Of a DNA stretch of 64,000 nt, positions 62,368-64,000 are shown piece after piece. Location: assembly GCA_963741665.1 (NCBI GenBank), contig CAVUIM010000004.1, positions 957,122 to 1,021,121 of the forward strand. Direction: 5' to 3'. Within the stretch, counting starts at the first letter, position 1, and each line of letters starts with the position of its first letter. The position numbers were made by a program, and so were the translations under genes. The notes beneath the pieces are model-generated. The model was given only the letters and a program-made list of their open reading frames with translations. It searched no databases and had not been told where the DNA came from. The stretch is from an uncultured Acidobacteriota bacterium (GTDB lineage Bacteria > Acidobacteriota > Vicinamibacteria > Vicinamibacterales > UBA2999).

Positions 62368-62702
62368 CTCTTGCGGTTCCGTGCGCGCCGGGATGTGTTC
62401 TCGGCGACCAGACGATAGCGAGCTAACGCCTGGCCCCACACGGACCGGACGTATTCCCGCATGGCTTCGGCGCCGTCGGGGTGAAGTCGATACAGCCGCT
62501 TCGTGCCGTCGGCCGAATCGACCACCAGGCTGGCGTTCTTCAGCAGGCGCAGGTGCCGAGACACCGCGGGCCGGCTGATCGGCAGCGACTCCGCGATCTC
62601 GCCGACCGACTGCGGCCGCTCTTTGAGCCGCTCGACGATGGCGCGACGGTTGGGATCCCCAAGGGCGTCGAACGGATCGCCTGAACGGCGCTGCGCTTTC
62701 AT
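62364..62702 (-). CDS. ArsR/SmtB family transcriptional regulator
   Basis: ATG at 62702 gives MKAQRRSGDPFDALGDPNRRAIVERLKERPQSVGEIAESLPISRPAVSRHLRLLKNASLV. Confidence 0.8.
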   Translation of the reverse strand: MKAQRRSGDPFDALGDPNRRAIVERLKERPQSVGEIAESLPISRPAVSRHLRLLKNASLVVDSADGTKRLYRLHPDGAEAMREYVRSVWGQALARYRLVAENTSRRARNRKR

Positions 62703-62721
62703 GGTGGTCCAGCGTAACCGC

Positions 62722-62741
62722 ACTTGGTCCGTAACGCAAGT
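62722..62741. promoter_or_regulatory. candidate ArsR operator CCGTAAC-N6-GTTACGG
   Basis: Perfect 7-bp inverted repeat 20 nt upstream of the ArsR start. Confidence 0.35.
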
Positions 62742-63129
62742 GTTACGGAGTGACGCAGCGGCTGAACACCCTCGGCGCGATCTCGTGGCGCGGCACCATG
62801 CACTGCGCCTCGCGCATCCGAGTTCGGCGCTCGGGCAACAGACATCGCTCGCGGCGAAGCTGATCCGGCGGCGCGACAAAGCTGTGACGCGAAGAGCCCT
62901 CGGCTGGGTGAGGCCGGCACAGGCATGTCTGGGATGCTCACGTCGGCCGGCGTGTTCGGCGACCGACGGTCACGGGCACGAGTACTGCTGTGACCTGTGG
63001 CATCGATCGCTTGCTGGAGATCTCCGCTGGGTCGATTCCGAACCGACGGGAAGAACCCCGCGATGATCGCGGACTTTCACGCACCGAGGTGCTCCGGCGC
63101 TCCCGCACGGCAGCGAATGAGGACTCGCA

Positions 63130-63648
63130 ATGCTAACCAATATGACTCCGGCGTTCGACGCGTCCGACAACGAGACCAACTGCTGCCCCCGTTTCAGGCC
63201 AGGGCCCTGGCAGGACCAGGAACTCCACTTCGACAATAAGCTGTTCGTCAGAGCGTCGACGGTCAGCGCGTTTCACATGCCGCTCAACATGGGCTCGGTG
63301 TTCGCCCGGACGATCGCCGCCATTGAGACCGCGCATGCCGCAGGTGGCGGGCTGCTGGTCTTGAGTCATGACGATTCGGCCTGGCACGCCGAGCATCTGT
63401 TTGCCGTCGACAAGGAGGTACCCGGCGCCGAAATGGTGCGTCTGAGCGGCGCTTTCCTGACGCGTGTGTTCGAAGGCCCCTACAAGGAGGCACCCACGTG
63501 GGCCGCGTCGATGGCGGCGTATGTGAAAGAGAGAGGCAAACACCTCGACACGATGTACTTCTTCTATACGACGTGTCCAAAGTGCGCGCGGCACTACGGC
63601 AAGAACTATGTAGTGGGCGTGGCCAAGGTCAGCCCGCTCGAGGCGTGA
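63130..63648 (+). CDS. hypothetical protein
   Basis: 172-aa ORF with a C-terminal CPKC pair and no recognised family. Start uncertain. Confidence 0.35.
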   Translation: MLTNMTPAFDASDNETNCCPRFRPGPWQDQELHFDNKLFVRASTVSAFHMPLNMGSVFARTIAAIETAHAAGGGLLVLSHDDSAWHAEHLFAVDKEVPGAEMVRLSGAFLTRVFEGPYKEAPTWAASMAAYVKERGKHLDTMYFFYTTCPKCARHYGKNYVVGVAKVSPLEA

Positions 63649-63720
63649 TCACTCGGCCTGAGGCGCAGACTCCGGTGGTCCTCCACGAAGGCCACGTGAC
63701 CATCAGAACCAGAGGTCGCC

Positions 63721-63861
63721 CATGAAGGTGTTGACGGTCTTCGCGCATCCCGGTCCGCGGTCGTTCTGCCATGCCGTCCTCGAGCGGTTCGACGCCGGTC
63801 TCCGAGACGCGGGACACGCGAACGAGACGCCCGTAGAGATCACGGGATATCCAGAGGTCTG
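63721..63861 (+). pseudogene. N-terminal fragment (46 aa) of a flavodoxin-fold NAD(P)H:quinone oxidoreductase-like protein, prematurely terminated
   Basis: MKVLTVFAHPGPRSFCHAVLERFDAGLRDAGH is the characteristic N-terminus of NAD(P)H dehydrogenase (quinone)/azoreductase-like proteins, which normally run about 190-260 aa. A stop follows at 63859-63861. Confidence 0.4.
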
Positions 63862-64000
63862 AGACAGTTCTCGGCGCGAATCGCCACCGCGTTCCCTTCA
63901 ACTCGTTACCGACCAACGAGATGCTGCGGAATGACGCGAATCGGATCCGTCGATGCCGTGGACGCGGCTCGCTACGTTATGGCCGCTGCCGGGCAGCGAC

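Overview
This is a 64 kb, high-GC (roughly 68-70%) bacterial chromosomal segment. Its gene content looks Acidobacteriota-like: CarboxypepD_reg-type TonB-dependent receptors, Ser/Thr-kinase-TM-TPR proteins, and FG-GAP/VCBS proteins.

From left to right the window contains:
- a DUF1080/FG-GAP gene that runs off the window start;
- a DHFR-like gene and a sugar-phosphate isomerase gene;
- an ArsR + SRPBCC (AHSA1) pair;
- cspA and tRNA-Asn(GTT);
- an AttEFGH-like ABC exporter (ATPase, 886-aa FtsX permease, CrtC/lipocalin AttH-like);
- recR and dnaX, with a previously unlisted SRP RNA gene immediately upstream of dnaX;
- a TonB-dependent receptor, a cyclophilin, an FG-GAP protein and a TPR protein;
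- a minus-strand operon of ECF sigma / anti-sigma / caspase-like C14 peptidase / OMP beta-barrel / beta-lactamase-fold hydrolase;
- a complete lysine/DAP block (asd, lysC, dapB, dapA, dapD, dapE), with a microsatellite-like repeat array between asd and lysC and a terminator-containing leader upstream of asd;
- a flotillin + NfeD pair, then exported hydrolases;
- a minus-strand respiratory / extracellular-electron-transfer-like cluster: monoheme cytochrome c, MtrA-like decaheme cytochrome, MtrB/PioB-family outer-membrane barrel, Rieske protein, cytochrome b, and a nona-heme cytochrome c;
- a second TonB-dependent receptor;
- an ECF sigma factor followed by three tandem about-1000-aa Ser/Thr kinase-TM-TPR paralogs, with a relic of a second sigma copy upstream of the third;
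- an RCC1-repeat protein, a Zn-ADH, a DinB protein and a second ArsR + SRPBCC pair.

Two points stand out.
- A pair of homologous ~160-nt intergenic elements lies at 5217-5377 and 18302-18460. They share a conserved 77-nt core, but each is closed by a 21-bp helix of unrelated sequence, which is a covariation signature of a structured RNA.
- At least ten reading-frame lesions (frameshifts, one in-frame TAG inside a CxxCH motif) hit otherwise well-conserved genes. Five of them fall in cytochrome b alone. This pattern is most economically explained by indel errors in the assembly. Real pseudogenisation of the cytochrome cluster cannot be excluded from the sequence.
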